Source: Bilabrum cf. latius
Taxonomy: Eukaryota
NCBI GenBank assembly: GCA_965178125.1
Contig: OZ237762.1
Location: 558,001 to 622,000 of the forward strand
Length of the DNA: 64,000 nucleotides
Direction of reading: 5' to 3'
Below, piece after piece: positions 37,401 through 49,200 of this stretch (within the stretch, counting starts at the first letter, position 1; every line of letters starts with the position of its first letter). Below the pieces are notes generated by a model, which was given only the letters and a program-made list of their open reading frames with translations, did no database searches and was not told where the DNA came from. Both the position numbers and the translations under genes were made by a program.

Positions 37401-40400
37401 GTGGAGGGCGTGCTGTCACCCGCCATCGTGCTGCAGTTGAATGCTGCAGGGAGACCCATCCATGGCGCTGTGCCCGACGCGGTAGGCAAAGCAGTGCTGA
37501 TCGATGCCGCCGACGACGCTGTTGCTGGTGAAGGCTTGAACGATGCCACGCACGTGATCGCGGCTCGAGGCGCTGCCCATCGGGCGCTGGGTCTGCTGTC
37601 GTCTGAGATCACACTGCTTGGTATTGCCGCCAACAAGTTTGCAGCCGTGCTTGCAGCAGAGAGGACCTACCTGCCTGAGGCCGGCCAGCCGTTCAACCCG
37701 TGCTTCCTGGTGTTTGAGTTCCTGAGCGGCTTCGTGCTGTGGCCTCGGCAGGTGCAGATGGTGCACCAATTCCTGGAGCGCGTGAGAGAGCCTTCGGGCA
37801 ACCGAGTGATCCAGGCCCTGATGGGATCTGGCAAGTCGGCTGCTTTGAACCCGCTGCTGTCTGCGATCCTTGCAGACGGGTCGCAGGTGGTGACATCGGT
37901 GGTGCCTGCCGCACTGACTGACATGTCCCGCATGCACCTGACTCGGTCGCTGTCCACCATCTTGGGTCGGCGCGTGGTGACTCTGCAGTTTGAGCGATTC
38001 GCTCTGCCGCCCGTAAAAGTACTCGATGAAGATTTTGACCAGCTAATTATCAACGAGCTTGATGCAGTTGGCATTGATGACGATGATACAGCGCAGGTCT
38101 CTCAATCGAAGGTGGCAAGTACAGGACATCGCGACGCAGCGTGCGGAGCTGGCGAATCTGAGCAAAACGAGCACACAAGCAGTTCCGCCCAACAGCCGAA
38201 CAAACGTAAAGTTGACGAAAACGGACAAGGATCGGGCAAACGTGAGCGTCCAGCGTAGCAAAAGCCCAAACTTAGTACTCGACCGGAAGACGTGCTGTCT
38301 CCCGAAGATCTTGAATTTCTCAAAGGGATAAATCGATGTGGCCTTGGCTCTGTCAGTGTACGTGCACGTGAAATAGAGCGGAAGATGCGGGCTGCCTACA
38401 TCCGCAGGGATAGATACAAGTAGGAAAGGTATGGCGAGCAATGCGCCTTACCTAGCAGGTACAGAGCCATCCACTCAGCCCAACGAATGCAAGATTACTT
38501 GGACTACTTGCAAAATTGGGTGCGCACTGCGCATGATGTGCGCCGTGATTGCGGGGTGTTCACAACCACGCCCGAGTCCATCAAGTGCGTGATGCTGCAG
38601 TACCTCGACATGATGCATGAGGTGCGCAGTGCGCCCCCAGAGGTGTTCAAGTCGCCTGCCAGCTTCCAGTCCACCAGGTCCAGGAGCAAAGCAGCTGATG
38701 AGGCGGCCAGGCTGCGAGCCACTGCCAAGGCAGCTGACCTGCTGGCCGAGCTGCTGCACTGCCTGGGCGTGTAGCCCAGAGATGGAACGGCTGCATCTGG
38801 GGCGGGCGCTGGAGATGGAGCCGCTTCGCAGGCCGTGGTGAAGGCAGACAGCAACAAGGCAGGCACTGGTGTGGTGCTGCTGGATGAGGTCGATCTTCTA
38901 TTGAATCCGATGCTGTCCGAGCTGAACTTCCCCATCGGACCCAAACGGCCTCTGGAGCTGTCGCCGGATCGGTGGAGACTGCCGCTGCACATCATTGACG
39001 CGATCCTATCGTGCGTGACAATGGGCGTGCAGGTGGACAGGTCTGCAGGGGGTGCCGATGCCGAGGCAGCGGCCGGTGGCAGTCTGGACGTGCCTGCTGC
39101 TGCTGCCCGCGAGATGTCTTCTGTCGGGTCTGAAGGCAGTGGGCTCGAGGGTGGCAGCGACAAACAGGGCTACCAGAGCGTGGGCATGTCATTCCTGGAC
39201 CTGATCGGGAAGCTGGAGGCAGATCCGCTGGAGGCATCAGACGCCATGAGCACGCTTCGGTCCCTACAGCAGGCTCTGCGGAGGGGTGTCCGGCAGTACG
39301 CGCTGCAGGTGAACCCGCATCTGATCTTGCTGGACGAGGACTACTACCACGAGGACATCAAGCCTCACCTGGCTCACTGGCTGTTGTTCTGGCTGCGGCG
39401 TGACCTGAACTATGCCACGGAGGTGGGTTACGTGACGAAGCCACCTGAGCTGGAGGGCGAGGGCGAGGCTCAGGGTGACGGTGACGACACCGAGGACGGA
39501 CAGACGCCTGGAAGTGCGTCTGGTGGCGGCGTGGATGAGGGTGAGTTTACCCGCAAGGAGAAGGCCGTGGAGGCTGTGCTGCTGGGTGCCTCGGAGGAGT
39601 CGGAGGAGGCTAAGATGCTGAATCGTGAGCTGGGCCCAGCTGTGCTGCGGCTGATCAACTTGGGCCGGGCATGGTGCAATGTGTTTACGGCGCATGTGAT
39701 CAGCAAGATTGACCGTGTGAGCTACGGGCTGCTGCAGCCCGGAGACATCGCAGCCTTGGAGGCCGGTGCGAAGGGACAGCACAAGGAGCCTCCAAGCCGG
39801 CTGCTGCTTGCGGTGCCATTCGTGGGTAAGGACTCGCCATCGCAGAGCAGCGAGTTTGCGCATGCCGAGGTGCTGATCGGTCTGGCGGTGCTGGCGTACA
39901 GGTACGAGGGTCTTCGTAAGGAGGACTGCAGTGTGATGTTGAAGGAGATGAAGCGGTCGCTGATGTACGAGGCAGGCAACCCTGACAAGCGGCCATCTGC
40001 GGTGAAGTTCAAGTCATGGCTAGACGCTGCAGCAGCCAGCCAGTAGGAGGTAGATGCACCCGGGCTAGAAAGGATATCATCGCATGGCTCAGCCAGTGTT
40101 CTATCGCCGATTGCTGCAGAGCGGCAACCCTCAACAGCCTCATTAAGATCAATTAATTCGTCATCAGGGCTTCCGCCTAAGCTGCGGCGCCAGCAGAGCG
40201 CCAGCGACCTCAACGTGCAGAAGCGCAAGCGCCGCGCCAGGGCTCGTCGAGAGGCTGCCCTGTCCGTGTTGCCGCTGCCCCTGTTCCAGCCCACCGACCA
40301 GGAGCAGATGGCGGCTGCATTCGCGGCCCTGCGAGACGTGCCTGCGGTGGTGGACCACTTCGTACTGAACCATGTGTTCCCCAAGGTGATGAACCACCAG

Positions 40401-43400
40401 AAGCAGAAGCTCATGGCATCCGGCATTGATATGGGCAGTGACATGCTGTTCGAGAAGCGGCTGGGTTTCTCAGGCACCACGTCGGACCTGCTGCCCACCG
40501 GCATGACTTGCGATTTTGAGCCTGGGAGCGAGGCCAAGATCGTGCGCACTCTGACAAACCCGTCTGTGATCTCCACGATGGATCTGCGAGGCGACTGGGA
40601 CTCTCAGTTTATCCTGAGGACCATCGCCACGGCCAAGCCCCGGTTCCACGCGCTGATCGACGTGGGCGCTCTGGTGACGGGCATGACGAACTAGGAAGTG
40701 GCTGCGTACCTGCTGGAGCATGGGCTGGAGGGTATGCAGGGCGTGGTGTACTTCGATGACGTGGGCCGACACATGGTGCTGATGCGCGGGTCGAATGAAG
40801 GTATTCAGCTGGACCAGTGCGGCATCGAGCCCAGCGAGCGTTTCACGTTCTTCAACCAGACGAATGCCACGGGCACGGACTGTCCGCAGGTGATGGACGC
40901 CCGCGCGGCGGTGACGCTGGGCAAGGACATGACACTGCGCGAGCTTGCGCAGGGGTCGTGGCGCATGCGTGGTCTGGGTGTGGGCCAGACACTGACTGTG
41001 CTGGTGGTCCCTGAAGTGTCTCGGCTGGTGCAGCAGGCGGTACGTACAGACAAGTCGGACAAGGGAAGCAGTAGTGCAGCCGCGGCCGCCATGCACATGC
41101 TTGGGTCTGCAGGAGCAAGTGCGAGTCGCACGAAGCCTGAGCACATTGTGACTTGGCTGCTGGCTGCATCGATCCGATCTGAGCAGCTGCAGCACATGTA
41201 GCTGTGCGCTCAGCGTATGTCGTTCGTTTGGCGACGGCAGGCACTGCGCAATCTGGTGTCCTCGAGGCATCCGGCTGGCGGGTATGGGTATTCATGCGGT
41301 GACCTTCACATGGAAACTTTGGTTCTACAACCGAGGCAAAATTCGCTACGAACGCGATTCCGGTACGGAATAATTGACTCCACGCTGGACAACCACGAGC
41401 TGCATGAGTCGAGGGCGAGAGAGAAGCGGGAGGCGCATGAGAAGGAGATGGAGAAAGAGGCTGCCCTGCGCAAGCGAGGGCTGAAGAAGGAGGAGTCCGC
41501 TGAGAGCGATGCCAAGAAGAAGGAGGAGGAGGAGAGGGAGAAGAAAGCCAAGAAGATGGGCTTCGATGAGGAAGTGCCCGAAGTGACGCCGGAAGCGCTC
41601 AAGGCTGCCTAGGACAAGGAGGCCTCGTCCATTGCCTACACCGTCCGCCAGTCGATGAAGGCGTTCATGGATCCTCTGGACAGCTCCATCGGGGCTCAGA
41701 TCGAGGCGCCTGAGACGTTCGTGCAGCGGCTGACCAAGGAGCTAGAGGCGTGGTCGAGCTTGATCCAGACGGACAAGCAGAAGGCAGAGGTGCAGGCCGT
41801 GCTGGCGGAGGCAGGCAAGGCCGAGCGTGACGCTGAGAGTACAGCGCCGAGCAAGGCCGGCGGCAAACGACTTGACTTCGACAAGCAGTGCGTGGCTCAG
41901 GTGGAGCAGGAGTCGGAGCTGATGCTTGAGAAGGAGCAGGAGAGGCAGAGGGAGGTGCAGATGCAGAAGGAGAAGCAATCTCAGTTTGCCGACAGGTCCA
42001 CGGCCGCACGAGCGTGGGCCATGCATCAGCTGCGGCAGCCGTCCACTCTGCTGCAAGAACGTGATTTCTACCCATTGGACCAGTTCCGCTTCTCGCGATC
42101 GGCAGGCGCTCTGACCGTGGAGGGCGGGCATCGGCTGTGGCTGTCTGACAACCACACGGAGCTGTCGGCCCCGACCACTCTGCCGCGGCGACTGAAGAAC
42201 ATGGAGGTGGTGCTTCGGCTGATCCCGCCACCGGGTCAGGAGCTGGATGCGGCGAAGGTGGCTGCGTTGATCGGTACGGAGGCGGATGGTTCGGCTGCTG
42301 GGAAGAGCGGGCCCGAGTTGCGTGACCTGGTGATGGTGGTGTCACTGGCGGAAGCAGAGACTCTGCGGCGGGCTCTGCATGTGGGCCAGGATGACATCGC
42401 GGCTCTGACGAGCGATGTGCTGCAGGGCAAGGTGGATCCTGTGTCTCGGGCATATGTGGGACTGTACACGATGGATGGATTCCCATTGGACGCGGTGTTT
42501 GCGCCATCGACGCAGAGCGATGAACGCGCGGTGGTGAAGGGCGACAGTGCGCAGGACGTGCATTCGCTGTTGGGCCTGGCTCAGGTGTGTCGCTTCGTGG
42601 ACAACCGGGTGTCATTCACGCTTGCCGAGATGCGAGCCCTGCATCATCTGCTGAATAGATCTACGGCATCCGAACGTCGGACATTTTTTGAAGCCTGCAG
42701 AATGGGTCGTCGTCGCGACATTCCGTCGTGGGAGGAGACGGTGCTTGCCCCGCTGCTGTCACTCCGAGCCGAGAAGGCCTTCTTGCGGACTGAGGGTGTG
42801 GTGACCCGTATCCGCGAAGCAGTCAAGGCTCGCTTCGGCTCCATTGAGGAGGCCTTCGCTGCCTTCAACACGGATCGGTCCATGGCACTCGAGCCCAAGC
42901 ATCTGCAGGCAGGCCTTGGGTCGCTGGGCATGGAGCAGCTGTCATTGCGCGACCTGAGCGCAGTTGTGCGTCGCGCGGACTCGAACGGGGACGGGCAGCT
43001 GTCCATGGAGGAGCTGGGCAACCTGTTTGACATGCAGCCATCGGAGGTGGATGGCGGGGAGGGCGGGCAGGAGGACCCTGTGGCGCGACTGCGGCGGGGA
43101 GCCGACGAGTAGATCGGGGCGCGTCTGAAGTTCCGGCTGGCGATGGACATGCAGGAAGATGTGACTGCTCGAGCGCTTCTGGCGGGTCTTGCATCGAGCA
43201 TGAGTCCGCTGGAAGCCCAGCTTGCGGAGCAGGCAGTGGAGCTAATGGCGTCTGGCGAGATGTCTGCGGATCGACTGGACGAAGCGGAAGCAAAGGCAGC
43301 CGAGGATGCTGCTGCAGAAGGAGAGAAGCAGCAGTTCATGCCTCTGTCGCTGCGCCGGCAGGAGAGCTACTCGCCGGAAGAGTCGCCGATGATGTGTTTG

Positions 43401-46220
43401 CGCAAGATCCGTCAGCTTGGTAGCCTAATGATATCGAGTGGAGGCAGCTACAAGACAACTGAGTACTTGCAAGTTGCCGGTCATGATGAATCGCTTGTGA
43501 CAGTTGTGCAGCGTGGTCTTGCGATGAAGCCTGATGCCGGAACCTTCTTTGCGGAAGCGACCGTCTTGTGCACAGAGCAGGCGGCAGCAGCTGTCCGTGC
43601 TGCTTCCAAGGTCAAAGCAGCCAAAAAGACGTGGGGCCCGGATGCGGTGGGCGGAGCGTCAGTGCCGGATGGGCCGCTGGGTCGCGTGGGTGTGAGCGGG
43701 ATCAACTTCCGCGGGTCAGCGCGGCGGTGCATTGGCGTGGGCGATGCAGCGTGCACGTGGTGCATCCGGACGGACGGGGCGATCCTGTCTGAGGGTGATG
43801 AGGTAGCTCGTGCGAGCCCGCTGCAGATCGGCGACACGGTGGGCATGGCTGTGGACACGGTCAGGAAGAGCGTGCATTTCTATGTGAACGGGTAGGAGGC
43901 ATGTGATGCGCTTGTGGAGGGAGTGTCTGAGGCCCTGTAGAGCCACGGCGCGCTGACGATCGCAAAGTCTGTATCATCAATGTCGGCTTTGATGTGGAAC
44001 ATAGGAGGAACTTCCTTTTCGAATCCGCCGTCAATCGACTTTGCGAGCTGGAGGCAAGCTCGAGAGGCTATTCGGAGGCGATTGATGGCAAAGGCGGCAG
44101 GCTACAATCTGGGGTCTCTGATTCTGCCACCGACGTCAAACTATCAAACAGAGATCATCAATGGAGAAGTCGTCTACAACAAAAGCGAGGCTCGTAGCAC
44201 AGCGTCCGGTGTTGCTATGGCCGGCGTGCAGCTGTTCCGTGGTCGTTGGTTCTTTGAGGTGGAAGCTGTTGAACTGCCTGGAGCCAGCAAGGAGCTGACA
44301 AAGAAGATCAACAAGGCCCGCAAGGAGTCGCAATCGTATTTCGATCCTAGCCAACGAGGCAGCGCCCACCTATGTGATATGGCGATTGGCTGGACAGAGC
44401 AGTCCAAAGTTCATGGAGTTTCGGCTGTGACTCGACCCTTCTCAAGCCATGCGATCGAATGGACTAATGGTGTTTTTAGAAGCATCAGTGGTCATGGCCG
44501 CATCTTGCCAAACACAGTCTCATCCCGCAGTTCGTCGTACGGCAAGGACTGGGGCAAGCCAGGCGACGTCGTTGGCACCGTCATCGACTTGGACCAGGGC
44601 ACAGTCGCATTCGCCGTGAACGGGGACTGGTCCGAAGGTATCGCGTACCGATGTGTCACGACCTCCATAGGAATGAAGCCTGCAGTCGTCGTGTGGCAGG
44701 GGCGCGCTCTTCGTGTGAACACTGGCACCAAGCCCTTCAAGTACGGCCCCCCTGCCCTGCAGGTCCCCGACATCATGCACCCTGGCACGTGGGACAAGGA
44801 GAACAAGGAGCAGATGGCGCTGGCGGTGGCTGCGGGTCGGGGCTCTCCCATCCGCAGCGTGTACTCGTCGATCGTGCGCTTGCGTCCGTCTGTGACTCAG
44901 GCGCTGCGAGTGAGTGCGGAGGAGGCGAAGGCGGTGGTGTGCCAGGGGCTGGAGGAAGGCGAGGCAGCAGCAGGTGGAGCTGAGAACTCCCCAAAGCTGT
45001 CGATTGACGGCGGTGCATCGGCGCCAAACAAGCTCATCCGTCTTCGTCCTTTAACAGTGCGTTTGTCCAATTACATTTCCACGGACAACGTCGTATCTAC
45101 CTTTGGTATATCAATACAGGCATCGGCAGAACGAGACGTTGCCGTATCAAGTGGTAAGTGGTTTTACGAAGTCAGCATTGAATTGGATGGCAAGTTCGTG
45201 CTCGGCTGGGCCAAGAAAGGATTTTATGCTACCAACTCTTCGTCAGCTCGACTTGGCTGCTGTGCAGCCAGCTGGGGTGTGGTCGGGCACAAAGGCAAGT
45301 ACTGGCACGAAGATATTCCAGAGGAATGCAGGCCAATCGAGTACGAAGAGGACGACGAGGACAAGAAGGAGTCATCGGGCAAGGACGGCTCCGACGCAGA
45401 CGGCGACGAAGCTGCTGCTGCTACTGGTGGTGCTGCATCTGGCGCCGGTGCTGATGCTGGTGCAATCTTTGACGTCACATCTGCCACTGGAGCAACGGGC
45501 GGTGAGGGAGGTGGCAAGGAAAAGAAGCAGGTCAAGCGGTGGAAGACCTGGACGGAGGGTGACGTGGTGACGGTGATGGTGGACGTGGACAAGCGCGAGA
45601 TGCGATTCGTGCTCAATGGCGACTTCGCAGACGTGACTGGCCGCATGGCAGTGGTCCGTTGTGCGCCTGAGGTGGAGGATGAGGCGGCTGATGCGGCTGC
45701 ATCTAGCGCAGCCGGTCCGGGAGAGCAGGGTGTAGGGGCCTCCAGTCTGGGCGAGGGCGAGAGCAAGGACTCTGATGAGGAGACGTACGAGAATGCATGG
45801 GATGTCCGCCAGGCGGCGCTGCGCATGTCGGGCTTTCAGGGACTTTTCCCCGCAGTGTCAGTTCTTTCTTCCAAAGCTTAGGCAAAGTTTAAGTTCGGCG
45901 GCCCGAAGGATCCTGTGTCGTTCCCTCCTCCAGCTGAGAGCGGATACCGTCCGATCGCTGAGTCGGCGGGACTCGTCAGCGACGACTCGTCAGCAGACGC
46001 GGAAGGCCCTTTGAGCAAGACTTCTGCTGCGGAGTTCGAGGCTGCGGCTGACAAGATCAGGCGGTACGTGCCTCTCAAGGCAGGCCCGGGCGAATAGAAG
46101 CCAAAGGTGAAGCAGGCCAAACCTGCCGCTGCGATGGATGTCAATCAGAGTGCTGGAGCTATGCCGCCCGGGCCCAGTGGCTTGCATGGCGCCATCAAGA
46201 CTGGCATCGACCTAGACTAA
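25447..46220 (+). CDS. Giant DUF3638/DUF3645 helicase-like NTPase protein, copy A (~6,890 aa): putative Cys-protease, UBA-like, NTPase, EF-hands, 3 SPRY-like domains
   Basis: 21 listed ORFs from 25890 to 46097 all start in the same frame. About 30 TAGs lie in this frame, and I found no TAA or TGA between 25623 and the TAA at 46218. Probable first exon 25447-25537 and intron 25538-25629. Motifs: FLVFEFLSGFVLWPRQ, QALMGSGKS, LLDEVD, LLAVPFVGKDSPSQSSEFAH, GFSGT, ALIDVGA, AQGSWRMR; WCKRALAKCNNDEDAAREWL (UBA-like); DSNGDGQLSMEEL (EF-hand); GRWFFEV/GKWFYEV...GDVVG (SPRY). Confidence 0.88.
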
Positions 46221-49200
46221 TCATCTGAAATATATCCCATTTGGATTTGAGTGACGGTAACTTTGCCATTTTCGAGGGCATAAGACCAATTTCTTGCGGT
46301 CGGATCGGGATCCGATCCTTCACCTTGAGCGGGTAATCCGGGTGCGCCCGACGTGCGACCCTTATCTGATCTCGGAGACCTCATCCATATGGATTGATTC
46401 TGATCCTGATTGAACTTTAAAGCTTGGAATTTTGATAACGAATTGCCGAATCGGATGGAGTTCGCTTTTAAAACCGAAGCTTACTTGGTTACGCACGCAA
46501 TTTGGTGAAAATGTAGAATTGCAAGCTGTACGGAATCCCTTTTCTACCATAATTCAAAGAATGCGTATGGCGGCACTTAGACCACCTGGCTCTGCGCGAC
46601 TCTAAGCTATGCCCCCCTGATCATCTTCTTCCGAAGCAGCGGCAGGTTTGGCCTGCTTCACCTTTGGCTTCTATTCGCCCGGGCCTGCCTTGAGAGGCAC
46701 GTACCGCCTGATCTTGTCAGCCGCAGCCTCGAACTCCGCAGCAGAAGTCTTGCTCAAAGAGCCTTCCGCGTCTGCTGACGAGTCGCTGACGAGTCCCGCC
46801 GACTCGGCGATCGGACGGTATCCGCTCTCAGCTGGAGGAGGGAATGACACAGGATCCTTCGGGCCGCCGAACGCCAGCTTAGCTGCTACTGTCTTCACGT
46901 CCAGTGACGTTATGCACGGGAAAAGTCCCTGAAAGCCCGACATGCGCAGCGCCGCCTGGCGGACATCCCATGCATTCTCGTACTTCTCCTCGTCAGAGTC
47001 CTTGCTCTCGCCCTCGCCCAGACTGGAGGCCCCTGGACCCTGCTCTCCCGGACCGGCTGCGCTAGATGCAGCCGCATCAGCCGCACCATCTTCCACCTCA
47101 GGCGCACAACGGACCACTGCCATGCGGCCAGTCACGTCTGCAAAGTCGCCATTGAACACGAATCGCATCTCGCGCTTGTCCACGTCCACCATCACCGTCA
47201 CCACGTCACCCTCCGTCCAGGTCTTCCACCGCTTGACCTGCTTCTTCTCCTTGCCACCACCCTCGCCGCTCATGGCTCCAGTGGCAGATGTGACGTCAAA
47301 GATTGCACCAGCATCAGCACCGGCGCCAGACGCAGCCCCACCAGCAGCAGAAGCAGCAGCTTCGTCGCCGTCTGCGTCGGAGCCGTCCTTGCCCGAGGCC
47401 TCCTTCTTGTCCTCGTCGTCCTCTTCGTACTCGATTGGCCTGCAGTTCTCCGTGTCGTCCTCGTGCCAGAACCTACCAGTCGTCCCTTCCAGACCCCAAC
47501 TAGCGGCGCATGTGCCTGTCGCCCATGCGTACTTAACGGACGCGTGGAACCCTGCCTTGGCCCATCCAAGAATGGCAGGCCCGTCCGCCTCGATGCTGAC
47601 TTCGTAAAACCACTTGCCAGAAGAGACTGACACAGAGCTCTGCGTGGCTGCAGCCATGAGTTGAGAGTTGCTGACCAAGGTCCCGTCAGTATCTACGAAC
47701 CCCAAACTCGAGTTGGTGACTGGCCTGAATCCAAGACTGTCAGACTCCTCCTTGCCCTCAGTGGTTCCCATCGTGCTCACCCCACGGCGCAAGACTGGAG
47801 CTCCTAGGTCAGCTCCGGTCGCAGCTCCACCTGCTGCTGCCTCGCCTTCCTCCAGCCCCTGGCACACCACCGCCTTCGCCTCATCCGCACTCACTCGCAG
47901 CGCCTGAGTCACAGACGGACGCAGGCGCACGATCAACGAGTACACGCTGCGGATGGGAGAGCCCCGGCCCGCAGCCACCGCCAGCGCCATCTGCTCCTTG
48001 TTCTCCTTGTCCCACGTGCCAGGGTGCATGATGTCGGGGACCTGCAGGGCAGGGGGGCCGTACTTGAAGGGCTTGGTGCCAGTGTTCACACGTAGAGCGC
48101 ACCCCTGCCGCACAAAGAATGCTGGCCGGAGCCCGTGCGACCCAGACAGCACCTTGCGGTACGCGATGCCTTCGGACCAGTCCCCGTTCACGGCGAATGC
48201 GACTGTGCCCTGGTCCAAGTCGATGACGGTGCCAACGACGTCGCCTGGCTTGCCCCAGTCCTTGCCATAGGCCGGGCCCTTGGATGTACGGAAGCTGGGC
48301 TCAATGCGGGACGACACCCACGTGCCATCATGCTCGGAGCGCGAGCTCGCCTGAGTGGAAAAGTCCACCGTGATGTTGCTAGATGCCATTGTATTCCATC
48401 GCTGCCCATATCCTACAGTGCCGTTGTGCATCCAGCCGATGCTCATGTCGAACACCTTGGAGTAGCCGGGCTGCTCTCCGTCATACTTTTGCTGAGCTTC
48501 CTTGCGGGCCTTGTTGATCTTCTTTTTCAGCTCCTTGCTGGCTCCAGGCAGTTCAACAGCTTCCACCTCAAAGAACCAACGACCACGGAACAGCTGCACA
48601 CCGGCCATGATCGCACCAGATGCCTTGCCCCCATCTTCGCTCTTGTTGCACACGATTTCACCATCAATGATGTCCGTGGAATCGTCCCCGCTCCACGACG
48701 GCACAATGCGACCCACATTGTATGCCGAAGCCTTCAGTACCATACGGGAGCTCGTCGCGTCAAGGATGCGCACAGTCGAAGCGGCTTGGCTCGGTGGCGG
48801 ATACTTGAACGACTTCTTCCCAATCGTCCAGCGGAAAGCCGACATTGATGACACAGACTTCGCGATCGTCAGCGCGCCGTGGCTCTACAGGGCCTCAGAC
48901 ACTCCCTCCACGAGCGCATCACATGCCTCCTACCCGTTCACATAGAAATGCACGCTCTTCCTGACCGTGTCCACAGCCATGCCCACCGTATCGCCGATCT
49001 GTAGCGGGCTCACACGGGCTACCTCATCACCCTCAGACAGAATCGCCCCGTCCGTCCGGATGCACCACGTGCACGCCGCATCGCCCACGCCAATGCACCG
49101 CCGCGCTGACCCGCGGAAGTTGATCCCGCTCACACCCACGCGACCCAGCGGCCCATCCGGCACTGACACTCCGCCCACCGCATCCGGGCCCCACGTCTTC

